From Promethearchaeota archaeon (GTDB lineage: Archaea; Asgardarchaeota; Lokiarchaeia; Sigyniarchaeales; SOKP01), in the NCBI GenBank assembly GCA_018238625.1, contig JABCSY010000010.1:1-62551 (forward strand): a stretch of DNA of 62,551 nucleotides, written 5' to 3'. Below, piece after piece: positions 29,340 through 38,311 of the stretch (position 1 is the stretch's first letter; each line of letters starts with the position of its first letter). The position numbers and the translations under genes were made by a program. The notes below the pieces were generated by a model that saw only the letters and a list, made by a program, of their open reading frames with translations, did not search any database and was not told the DNA's origin.

Positions 29340-29342
29340 AAG

Positions 29343-29519
29343 CTAAGAGCTTTCGGTAAAATGATCTACGATTATTTCAATGACATTTGAAAATAACTTT
29401 TTTTCATTATCACTCAGATCTTCTTTAAATTTTTCGAGAAACTTTATTACTTTATCTGCTTCTCTTAAATCTCTCAAGTGATCAGAGCCTTTCTTATTTA
29501 ACGAGCCACCCCACGCCAT
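29343..29519 (-). CDS. Small hypothetical protein (58 aa)
   Basis: Not in ORF track: MAWGGSLNKKGSDHLRDLREADKVIKFLEKFKEDLSDNEKKLFSNVIEIIVDHFTESS*; fills the gap directly downstream of the co-oriented 29550-30935 gene. Confidence 0.55.
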   Translation of the reverse strand: MAWGGSLNKKGSDHLRDLREADKVIKFLEKFKEDLSDNEKKLFSNVIEIIVDHFTESS

Positions 29520-29549
29520 GATTTTCCCTTAAATTTTTCGATATTTAAT

Positions 29550-30935
29550 CTATTTGTTAGGATCGGATAATACTTTTCTAAACGGTCGCAAAAATTCATC
29601 CATCATGTTTATATTGTTCCTTAATTTATCAATTTTCATCAATGGAATTAATTTTTCGTTCAATTTCTTTGCGCGCTCGTCATTTTGTGGAAACGTATCA
29701 TATACTCCATGCGTTTTGTAATATTCGTGATCTGCTAAAAATACAAACCGGTTTCTTCCATAAACATCGTCTCTAAACATTTTCATAGCTGCCTCCCCGA
29801 GAAAAGTCCGTGGTCCTATATAATTAGTTACAGATAAATCGATTGCTTGTTTTGCAAAATTATACAACAACGCATCTATATCTTCGGATTCTCCAAATTC
29901 ATCCGTAATAGAATTTAGGAAGTTCGAGTCTTGGTATTCTACATGTGCCTGTAGCATCTCTTTTAGGTTAGGAATCTGACTAATTGGGCCTGAGATGATA
30001 TATCCTAATTGTTTTCCGATTATAGTAGGCGTATGGTTATTAAAAAATGCTCTATCATAGATTAATTTCCATCTTGACGACAAATAGCGGTCTTTAATGG
30101 TCCCGGCAAATATTAAAATATCTGTTTTCATTACTTTTTCGGTCCAAAACTCAGTGAATCCATCTTTATCTTTATAGATGCACTCGTGATTGTATCCACA
30201 TTTAGCACACCCGATACATGGTCCTTTTATATCAATATCATTAATGTTTATTAATTCGATGCCATTGGAAATTGATTTTACAAATTGATTTACCATTTTA
30301 CCCAAATTTGTAGAATCGTCCGTGTCTTCTGAAAGCACCAATATCGTTTTATTTTTTGTATCTAACTTTTTTTGAGTTATTTCGCCTGGTTGATATACAA
30401 AATCTCGAAATTGCAGAGGATGATAATTTTTCGTAGTAGGGAGCTTCATTTCAATAGCTTCAAAGAATTTCTCACCAAATAGAAGCCAACGGGCTCTACG
30501 TTTTGGATATAACAAATCCCAACTATCTGCAGGGAAGTTTCCTACATACTTCATTCCCAAATCATCACAGATAGCATGAATATAATTCTGGGCTGTATGA
30601 TCGTAAAAATGAATTGATGTGGACAAAACCATTGTATACTTATCTTTAAAAACATCTTCCCTCTTTCTTTCAAAAATCAGTTCTATAAATCTTTTATATT
30701 GAGAGCATACCAGCATGACATATACTGGAAACGCCCATATAACTCCATCAGATTCTTTTATCGCTTCAATAATTTCATCAAATCTATCTTGATCTTTTTC
30801 AAGACGCTTTATAATTTGAGCAACATTAAAGATATTATACTCGTGTTCTGGATGTTTCTTTTGTATATACAAGATATATTGCATCGTAACACTTTGAGCC
30901 CCTTTTGGGCTTCCAGATAGAATAGAGAACTTCAT
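29550..30935 (-). CDS. Tandem flavodoxin-like NAD(P)H-dependent FMN reductase / iron-sulfur flavoprotein
   Basis: LSGSPKG..S.T, SDGVIWAFPVY; second domain with CIGCAKC.....C (Isf-type). Confidence 0.85.
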   Translation of the reverse strand: MKFSILSGSPKGAQSVTMQYILYIQKKHPEHEYNIFNVAQIIKRLEKDQDRFDEIIEAIKESDGVIWAFPVYVMLVCSQYKRFIELIFERKREDVFKDKYTMVLSTSIHFYDHTAQNYIHAICDDLGMKYVGNFPADSWDLLYPKRRARWLLFGEKFFEAIEMKLPTTKNYHPLQFRDFVYQPGEITQKKLDTKNKTILVLSEDTDDSTNLGKMVNQFVKSISNGIELININDIDIKGPCIGCAKCGYNHECIYKDKDGFTEFWTEKVMKTDILIFAGTIKDRYLSSRWKLIYDRAFFNNHTPTIIGKQLGYIISGPISQIPNLKEMLQAHVEYQDSNFLNSITDEFGESEDIDALLYNFAKQAIDLSVTNYIGPRTFLGEAAMKMFRDDVYGRNRFVFLADHEYYKTHGVYDTFPQNDERAKKLNEKLIPLMKIDKLRNNINMMDEFLRPFRKVLSDPNK

Positions 30936-31020
30936 ATATTTGATATTTGTTTATCAAATAAAAATTATATCAAGCAAAATTAAAAAAATAAATAATAAAA
31001 GCTCTAGAATGTATTTTTTT

Positions 31021-32250
31021 TTAGGATATACTAGCAACCCAGAGAAAAAGTAAGAACGATAGTATAGTAATGATTGCTATAGTTATAATACCCGTCCAAG
31101 AGAAAATCACATTCTTAGCATAATTTATCTTAAAGTCAACGGCTTCATAGGGGCATAATTCCACGCAGCAATAACAAGTTATGCATTTCTTCTTGTTCCA
31201 TTTTGGAATATTACCTTTCTTAATTTCTTTTGGAGGAATAATAGCATCTACAGGACAATTTTCCCAACATGTAGCACATAACCTACATTTATCTGGGTTG
31301 AATTTAACTGTTGCTCTAAAAATAAGATTTCCAAGATAATTTGCTAGCCAGCGAGGTAAAGGAGCAGATACAGGTCTAATCTTGGGTATTTTAAACTTTC
31401 TATATACATCTTGAACGGAGTTACCAAGGATTTCAATATTGTCCATATTCATTGTTCCTAATCTTTTATCTTCAGCTTTTTTAAGATGGATCACGTCGTT
31501 CGGGTTCATTCCTGTGATTTGACAAACTACTGTATCTAAAGCTACAGGATCATATCCCGCAATAATGACATCTAATTTCACAACATCGCCCGCAGATGGG
31601 CCCTTACCTTCTTGACATAGATATCCATCTATTACTGTCAGATGTGGTTTAGACACTGAATATATGTCTGCTAATGCAGCAGAAAAGCGATCAATCAGAG
31701 CTGATTTAGCGTGTGTTCTTGCTTTATTACCTAATAAAATAGTTCCAAACATATTTTTGATGCAACAAGTGAGCAAACACTGCCCATGAGTCTTAATTTT
31801 TGGCAAATTAATAATAATATCAGCTTTTTCGAGCAAGATTGAACTAGTAATCTCATTTATTTCTAGTGGATCATCAACGGTGTAAATCTTCCTTTCAGTT
31901 TTTTCAAATGGTATGCACTCTACACTTTCTTCGTCGCATAACGCCTTCAAACCGCTTTCCTTCATCGCCAGTTCAGTGGCGCCTGGTTTTGAAGTCCCAG
32001 AGGAATCACAAAGATAGACCTTCTTGGGATTATATTTCTTAACCCAGTGAATTACGGCCTTTACTACTTCAGGATGAGTCGTAGCAGCACGCTCGGGAGG
32101 TTTTGCTCCAAGTATATTTGGTTTTAATAGTATTACTTGGTCCTTTTTCATAATTTCTCCAGCATTTATTAGTTCTAGAGCTTTATAAACTGCTTTTTGA
32201 ACGTTCTCAGATTGTATTTTCTGTATCGCAATTTTGCTTTTATCAGACAT
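31021..32250 (-). CDS. DUF362 protein with C-terminal 2x[4Fe-4S] domain
   Basis: LLKPN, TTHPEVV, INLPKIKTH, IKNMFG, EGKGP, DPVALD; two CxxCxxCxxxCP motifs; C-terminal TM. Confidence 0.9.
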   Translation of the reverse strand: MSDKSKIAIQKIQSENVQKAVYKALELINAGEIMKKDQVILLKPNILGAKPPERAATTHPEVVKAVIHWVKKYNPKKVYLCDSSGTSKPGATELAMKESGLKALCDEESVECIPFEKTERKIYTVDDPLEINEITSSILLEKADIIINLPKIKTHGQCLLTCCIKNMFGTILLGNKARTHAKSALIDRFSAALADIYSVSKPHLTVIDGYLCQEGKGPSAGDVVKLDVIIAGYDPVALDTVVCQITGMNPNDVIHLKKAEDKRLGTMNMDNIEILGNSVQDVYRKFKIPKIRPVSAPLPRWLANYLGNLIFRATVKFNPDKCRLCATCWENCPVDAIIPPKEIKKGNIPKWNKKKCITCYCCVELCPYEAVDFKINYAKNVIFSWTGIITIAIITILSFLLFLWVASIS

Positions 32251-32355
32251 AATATTTATCGTATTTTTCTATTAATTAAAGATTATATATTGTAATACAT
32301 TAAAATTAAATATTAATATATTTATAATATATTTGTATACTTGAGGTATATTAAT

Positions 32356-32640
32356 ATGTCGGTTGTGAAAATACAAAATAAGAAAGCATTGGAACAACTA
32401 CAAGCTAAATTAACACTCAGATTAGGGAGAAAACCTACTCAGATAGAAATACTTGATTATTGTTTAATATTAGCGAATGATAATTTTGAAAAATTGGTGG
32501 AATTAGTGTCTAACATGCCAGTTTTAAGTCTTGAAAAATCTGGACAAATTATCGAAGCGAGAAATAAACTCAAAAATGTAATCTATGATGAAGAAGCTAC
32601 ATTTACTTGTAGAGATGATAAAGATATTTATACTAAATAA
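32356..32640 (+). CDS. Putative antitoxin (VapB-like)
   Basis: Small gene directly upstream of a PIN toxin; LQAKLTLRLGRKPTQIEIL; C-terminal DKDIY. Confidence 0.7.
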   Translation: MSVVKIQNKKALEQLQAKLTLRLGRKPTQIEILDYCLILANDNFEKLVELVSNMPVLSLEKSGQIIEARNKLKNVIYDEEATFTCRDDKDIYTK

Positions 32641-32649
32641 TTCAATTTA

Positions 32650-33111
32650 ATGGTGAGAATGATGGGGGTTTTTCTTGATACAGGGTTTTACTTGGGATTG
32701 TGCCATCCTAAAGATCAACATGCTGAAGAAAGTGAAAAAATATTAAAATTGCTTAGTGAGGGGGAGCATGGATTATTATACAGTTCCAATCATATAATAA
32801 GTGAAGTCACAACTTTAGCAGCTGTGCGTTCCAATAATAATATTAATGTATTAAATCATCTAGGAAATTTAATTTGGGGAAAACAAAAAATTGCCACAAT
32901 TTTGCATTTCGAATCGTATTTCGAATCTGAAACATGGGAATTATTTAAGAAAATAAATACGATCGATTTGAAAGACTCAAGACCTATAAGTTTTGTTGAT
33001 GTATCATCAATTATTTTATGCCAACACCATCAAATAGATAAGATTGTAAGTTTTGATCCACATTTCGATAGATTTTTGGATAAAATTAAAATTCTCCGTA
33101 TCACTGGCTGA
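32650..33111 (+). CDS. vapC: PIN-domain (VapC) toxin
   Basis: VFLDTG, IISE, SFVD, IVSFDPHF acidic tetrad. Confidence 0.9.
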   Translation: MVRMMGVFLDTGFYLGLCHPKDQHAEESEKILKLLSEGEHGLLYSSNHIISEVTTLAAVRSNNNINVLNHLGNLIWGKQKIATILHFESYFESETWELFKKINTIDLKDSRPISFVDVSSIILCQHHQIDKIVSFDPHFDRFLDKIKILRITG

Positions 33112-33219
33112 AACTTCAAATTTTCTGAATAGCTACTTTTTATTAGTATTAAAAATTAGAAAGTTAAAAGATTTAGTTCTATAAAATAGAAAGAGAAAAA
33201 AAATTAAAAATAATATTGA

Positions 33220-33471
33220 TTATCCGCCAGCTTGCGTAGCCATTACGGTTATCACATCTTTCTTAGGATGGATTCCTATTTTAGCGAACTTAAGCTGATC
33301 AGGAAGTACTTTTCCTTTAAAAATAAACTGGATAGCCAAGATGGGGTTAAGCTTATACTCCCTTTGAACCGTTTTCTTAATTTCCGCTATAGATTGATTT
33401 GGATCCACTTCAATCAATTTGATAGCTTGGTCTGGCGGAACACCTGTGAGCCTAAATCTATATTGAGCCAT
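33220..33471 (-). CDS. Ubiquitin-like (beta-grasp) protein with C-terminal di-glycine
   Basis: 83 aa; IEVDPNQSIAEIK, FIFKGKVLPD (compare ubiquitin LIFAGKQLED); ends AGG. Confidence 0.85.
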   Translation of the reverse strand: MAQYRFRLTGVPPDQAIKLIEVDPNQSIAEIKKTVQREYKLNPILAIQFIFKGKVLPDQLKFAKIGIHPKKDVITVMATQAGG

Positions 33472-33626
33472 AAATTATCACTTTTTTATTTATAATTTTA
33501 AAAATTTATGTTTAAAAATATAATAGATAAAACATAGTTAAATCCTACGGTATTCTTCATTGAACTAGAGTTTAAAGTTTCGCAAAAAGCATTCTTCTTA
33601 AGTTTCAATAAGATTTTCTATTGTGT

Positions 33627-33815
33627 TTAAAACCTGAAGGGTTCGGGGGGAGTACCTGGAGGATGTGGTGGTGGACGCGACCCTGGATAAGGACTTGGTC
33701 TCGGTGGAAACCTTCCAAATCGGTCTTCAATAGAAGAAATTCTTTGCTCTATTTGATGTAATCTATTTTCGATTGCTTTAATTCGTTCTAATAAATTTGG
33801 GTTTTCTATCGACAT
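33627..33815 (-). CDS. Small coiled-coil / proline-rich protein
   Basis: Heptad LERIKAIENRLHQIEQRISSIE followed by PPRPSPYPGSRPPPHPPGTPPEP. Confidence 0.65.
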   Translation of the reverse strand: MSIENPNLLERIKAIENRLHQIEQRISSIEDRFGRFPPRPSPYPGSRPPPHPPGTPPEPFRF

Positions 33816-34032
33816 TTTTATTTTTATTTTAATTATTTAATTTGGATTATGTTTTAAAATTCAAAATCCAATTTATTATTACAAATTAGATATTTAAATT
33901 TTACGCTAATTCGGAAAGTAAATTGGGTCGAAAACAGATTTCAATCCACATTTTTATATAAGTATTAAGATATCGAAACTAAAGTATAAGTATAGGTAAA
34001 AGTATAAATAGTTCGATTTCTTTTTTATATTT

Positions 34033-35556
34033 ATGTCTAAATTTGGGGTTACTCCAAAAGTGAAAGAGCGAGTTATTTCTGAGACAAAAAAAATCGAACA
34101 GAACGATCTGCGTATTCTCTATTTATTAAGGAATTTAGGTCCTTTACGCTTTACAACTCTTATAGATTTTTCTGGTTTGAGTCGATCTACCGTCTCGAAA
34201 TATATCAAATTCCACATGTCTAAAAATAATATTGAAAAAAAGATATTTAGAAATTCTGTTAAAAATATTCAAGAACAGCGCTATTTTATAACTGATTTGG
34301 GTATTGAAAAGCTTGGCGAAGATTACCAAGGTTTTAACGAATCGATTTATTTTAGTGAAATTAATGATCTTATCTCTAACCTTTCTGAATTAAAAACATT
34401 TTACAAAGAAATTAGTGTTGCGGATTCTATAATAACAGATATAACTCGGAACATTATTAACATGGGTGAAAATTATTTTCTTATAGAACAAAATCGCGAT
34501 TTATATCTTACATTGTTCTACCTGTATAATAATTCTGTTCTAACAAGAGATTTTAAATTTGAAATTACAGAGTTCTGTAAACACTATAATGTAAAGAAAT
34601 TAAGAATAGATTTTTATGTAGATCGCCTTTTATCCAGCGATTTAGGATTATATATGTTTAGTCGGGGTGAGGATAAATTCTTCTTTCACAGAGAAGATGT
34701 ACTCGGTGTTACTACTATTCGATTAATTAAAGATTATTTGGTAAATGAAATAGTTAAATTAAGTATCTCTGAAGAAAAAATGATCTCTGATTTAGATTTA
34801 GATAATTTAGCTGAAGAAATAACAGAGAAATTACTTGAAATGGAATTGATTTGGGATAAAAATGTTACAACTATTCGAATGATTAAAGATAATTTGATAA
34901 ACGAGATAGCTGAGTTAGGTATATCTGAAGAAAAAATAATCTCTGATCTAGATAAACTAGCTGAAGAAATAACAGAGAAATTACTTGAAATGGAATTACT
35001 TTTGGATAACAATGAACCTCAGGAGATTAGTGGAATAAAAGAGCCATTTGAAATGCTAATTGAGAAAATGATAATTAAATATGCTCTAGAGATGGGTATT
35101 CCAAAGACATCCTTGATGGATATTGCGTTACAGTCCAAAAAAATGTTAAAAGCAGAAGGAGGAAAAAACTCTTTATATAATATAATAAACAACTCTGAGC
35201 GGTATGAAGATTTGAATCTAGTTTCAATCTCAGAATCAGAGGAAACCGAATTATTTCAAAGTTTAAAGTTATTGCGGGGATTTTGCCCTAAATGTGGTAA
35301 AACAGTGTTAAAAAATGATTTATCTAATATTTGTATTAGGTGTGGACGAAAGTTCGAGAATAAAGAATTACTAAAGATTAAGGAAGCAAGTGATATTGAG
35401 GTAGTGAGTGATTTAAGTGTAGCCTATAAAATTACTTCTATTGAAGAAGAAAAAGAAATTGAATGTCCTAATCCAAGTTGTAATTATTACGTAAAAACAA
35501 GTTGGATTGAGTGTCCGCATTGCTCTACTCCTTTAAGAAAGGGAACTCAAGTGTAA
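34033..35556 (+). CDS. Winged-helix protein with C-terminal double zinc ribbon
   Basis: ILYLL...LRFTTL...SGLSRSTVSKY...YFITDLG; CPKC/CIRC and CPNPSC/CPHC. Confidence 0.8.
   Translation: MSKFGVTPKVKERVISETKKIEQNDLRILYLLRNLGPLRFTTLIDFSGLSRSTVSKYIKFHMSKNNIEKKIFRNSVKNIQEQRYFITDLGIEKLGEDYQGFNESIYFSEINDLISNLSELKTFYKEISVADSIITDITRNIINMGENYFLIEQNRDLYLTLFYLYNNSVLTRDFKFEITEFCKHYNVKKLRIDFYVDRLLSSDLGLYMFSRGEDKFFFHREDVLGVTTIRLIKDYLVNEIVKLSISEEKMISDLDLDNLAEEITEKLLEMELIWDKNVTTIRMIKDNLINEIAELGISEEKIISDLDKLAEEITEKLLEMELLLDNNEPQEISGIKEPFEMLIEKMIIKYALEMGIPKTSLMDIALQSKKMLKAEGGKNSLYNIINNSERYEDLNLVSISESEETELFQSLKLLRGFCPKCGKTVLKNDLSNICIRCGRKFENKELLKIKEASDIEVVSDLSVAYKITSIEEEKEIECPNPSCNYYVKTSWIECPHCSTPLRKGTQV
34708..35010 (+). 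repeat. 156-bp (52-codon) intragenic tandem duplication
   Basis: GTTAC(T/A)ACTATTCGA at 34708 and 34864; peptide LAEEITEKLLEMEL occurs twice. Confidence 0.9.
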
Positions 35557-35737
35557 CAAATACATTAATAATAATCTATTTTTTTTTCAGACCGTCTCCA
35601 TTTAAAAATAAAAAAAACTGAGTTTTTAATAACTGACTTTTATAGCAGTTAGATAAAAAATCCATCATTTTAATTACCCTATAATTGACCCAATAAAACC
35701 GTCCATTCAATTTCAATATAAACAACTCCAGATTATT

Positions 35738-37210
35738 ATGTTAGACTATTCTACAACTAAAGATTTTAAAATTAACGATTTTTTAACAATAAAGTTCGAA
35801 GCTGGAAGGACAGTCATTTATGTTAAAAATCGCCCTTTTAGGCAATGTATGTATTTACTATTAGATCTTTCCATTGATCGCGTTGAAAAGTACGACGAAA
35901 TCCGATCAATTGACGAAGCAGCTGTGAAATTAAGTCGTAAAATGGAGCGAAATCATAGGTTAGTCCCTCCTGAAACAGAATTTTGGGGACATTGCTCTAA
36001 TCTTCAAGCTTGGTTTGATAATGATTACGATACTCGAATTCTTCATCGTAATTTAGCATTTCCTTTATTGAAAGCTCTATGTGACGCTGGTGATCTGATA
36101 GCCAGAAGGAAGTTTAAAGAAGAAATCGCTATGAGGTATGCTACTGGGCATCCAACTGTAGTTAGGTTTCTAACTCAAAACGGTTATTTACATTATTTAA
36201 CTGAAGATGAATTTGAAAGCATCCTAGTTGATATCGATTTCCCCAGTATTCAAGAATTCTCAAGAAAAATTACAACACGGTTAAAAACACTTCACGATCC
36301 AGAATCTGAGAAAGAAATCAAATTACAGGTTTCTAAGTTTATGCGTACTTTTCGGCTCTCCTTCAAGTATTTACTTTTAATTAAATCAATAGAAAACATT
36401 CCTAATGACTTAAAACAGCCTTTCGTTGAAATTGTATGTAAACAATTTAAAAACAATCGAAGTTTTCCTATCCTTAAATTTCTGAACAAGGCTTTAGTAA
36501 ATTATGAGAATTTAGATTTTAAATTGCTTACATATAAAGACAAATTAATTGGAATTCTGCAAGCTAATTTCCTAAATCTCCGCAATAAAATGATTGAAGA
36601 TATCGTAGATATTAAAGGTTTAGAGGAAATCGAAGCAAAAATAGAACATATAGATCTAAGTAATAATCGAATTACTGAAATAAAAGGTTTAAATCACTTA
36701 AAGAATTTGAAAAGGCTGACCTTAAAAAATAACTATATTGAGAAAATTGAAGGAATTGAAGAACTTAAAAACTTAGAGTCGCTTGATCTGTCAGGAAATA
36801 TTAATATTAAAGAAATTCCAGAATGTTTGAATGAATTACCCCACTTAAAAATAGTTAAATTAACAGGTTGTAGGATTGGAGCTATTTCAGATTCAATTTT
36901 GAAATATTTTTGGATGGGGCAGAATTTCAGGTATTACACCGATTATACAGACGAAGAAGTTCAATATTACGAAAAAAACTACTCCTCAAGGGCGAGAGCT
37001 AACAATAGATTATACAAACATTTTGTCAAATGGCTGTTAAATGTGAGATCACAGATGGCTAATTTTACTTTTGATTTCATAGATATCAAAAAGTATGAGC
37101 AAAAAAACTCTAAAATTGCAGTAAGGGCTGGTAATCCTACCAGAAGCTTCTTAAAGTATCTTGATGATAAAAAACAATTACGGATAACAAAATTTTTAGG
37201 AATAGCCTAA
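35738..37210 (+). CDS. Lokiarchaeal leucine-rich-repeat protein
   Basis: N-terminal EFWGHCSNLQAW...LHRNLAFPLL...FKEEIA domain; LDLSNNRITEIKGL-type LRRs; C-terminal QLRITKFL. Confidence 0.85.
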   Translation: MLDYSTTKDFKINDFLTIKFEAGRTVIYVKNRPFRQCMYLLLDLSIDRVEKYDEIRSIDEAAVKLSRKMERNHRLVPPETEFWGHCSNLQAWFDNDYDTRILHRNLAFPLLKALCDAGDLIARRKFKEEIAMRYATGHPTVVRFLTQNGYLHYLTEDEFESILVDIDFPSIQEFSRKITTRLKTLHDPESEKEIKLQVSKFMRTFRLSFKYLLLIKSIENIPNDLKQPFVEIVCKQFKNNRSFPILKFLNKALVNYENLDFKLLTYKDKLIGILQANFLNLRNKMIEDIVDIKGLEEIEAKIEHIDLSNNRITEIKGLNHLKNLKRLTLKNNYIEKIEGIEELKNLESLDLSGNINIKEIPECLNELPHLKIVKLTGCRIGAISDSILKYFWMGQNFRYYTDYTDEEVQYYEKNYSSRARANNRLYKHFVKWLLNVRSQMANFTFDFIDIKKYEQKNSKIAVRAGNPTRSFLKYLDDKKQLRITKFLGIA

Positions 37211-37270
37211 CATGATCAGAAATAAACGAAAATTACATTATTCAATTAAAAAAATCTTCTTCTTTTAGAT

Positions 37271-38212
37271 TTAAGAAAAATGCAGCATTTTCTCAATTGG
37301 AGTTAAAGCTCGTTTAGCAATTTCAGATGGAACTTTTACTTCAAATGTCGGATCATCTAAGTGTTCGAGAACATATTTTGTTAATTCAATTGTATTTTTC
37401 TTCATATTATAACAGATCATCTTGTCTTTTGCGAGATAAAACCTTTTATTTGGAAAGTCTTGAGCCATTCTTTCTAACAATCCTAACTCCGTTCCGATAA
37501 TAAATTGAGCTTCTTCTGAAGGACTATTTTTAACCCTATTATACATTTGACCCGTTGACCCTATAAAATCAGCTAGGTGACGAACCTCCCTTTCGCATTC
37601 CGGGTGCACAAGAAGTTTAGCGTTGGAATGTTCTTGCCTTATTTTTTTAATATCTTCAACAGTTAATAGGGTATGAACGTAGCAATGACCTTGAGGGGGA
37701 CAAGTAATGCATTTTATTTTCGATTTTTCTTCGACGTAATCCGCTAAATTTGCATCTGGTCCAAACAAAACTGCGTTTGTATTAAACTCTTTACTAATCT
37801 TTTCTACGACTTTAACTGCGTTTGCGGACGTACAACAAATATCGGATTCTGCCTTAACTGCAGCTGTACTATTTACGTAAGTTACAAATGGAAGTCCTGG
37901 ATTTTCCAATCTATATTTTTTAACCATATCTTCGTCCAAAAAAGCAGCCATGGGACAACAAGCCTCTGAACTAGGTAATAAAACGCGCTTATCTTGGTTT
38001 AAAATCGACGCTGTTTCCGCCATAAAATCAACGCCTGCAAAAATAATATACTCTGCGTTAACTTCTTTTGCGAGTCTAGATAACATAAGTGAGCCACCTA
38101 GATGATCTGCTACTTCCTGAATTTCTATAGGCTGATAATAATGAGCAAGTAAAATTACGTCGTTTTTTTTTTTTAATTGTAAAATGTCTTCTTGGATTTG
38201 TTTTAGAGTCAT
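37271..38212 (-). CDS. nadA: Quinolinate synthase
   Basis: LAHYYQ, GVDFMAETA, CPMA, YVNSTA..KA.SDICCTSANA, CYVH, VHPEC, IGTE.G, C.NMK. Confidence 0.95.
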   Translation of the reverse strand: MTLKQIQEDILQLKKKNDVILLAHYYQPIEIQEVADHLGGSLMLSRLAKEVNAEYIIFAGVDFMAETASILNQDKRVLLPSSEACCPMAAFLDEDMVKKYRLENPGLPFVTYVNSTAAVKAESDICCTSANAVKVVEKISKEFNTNAVLFGPDANLADYVEEKSKIKCITCPPQGHCYVHTLLTVEDIKKIRQEHSNAKLLVHPECEREVRHLADFIGSTGQMYNRVKNSPSEEAQFIIGTELGLLERMAQDFPNKRFYLAKDKMICYNMKKNTIELTKYVLEHLDDPTFEVKVPSEIAKRALTPIEKMLHFS

Positions 38213-38311
38213 CTTTTTTCTTCGATATTTTCTATTAAACTAAAGTAATTTTTTTACCTAACACAAAATTAAAATATTTAATATAATTTAATTGAATTTA
38301 TAATATTTTTA

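Noticed and set aside
38090-38105. NadA GGS in place of the usual GDS
   Set aside because: A single substitution with the cluster cysteines and other motifs intact; not enough to call it inactive.
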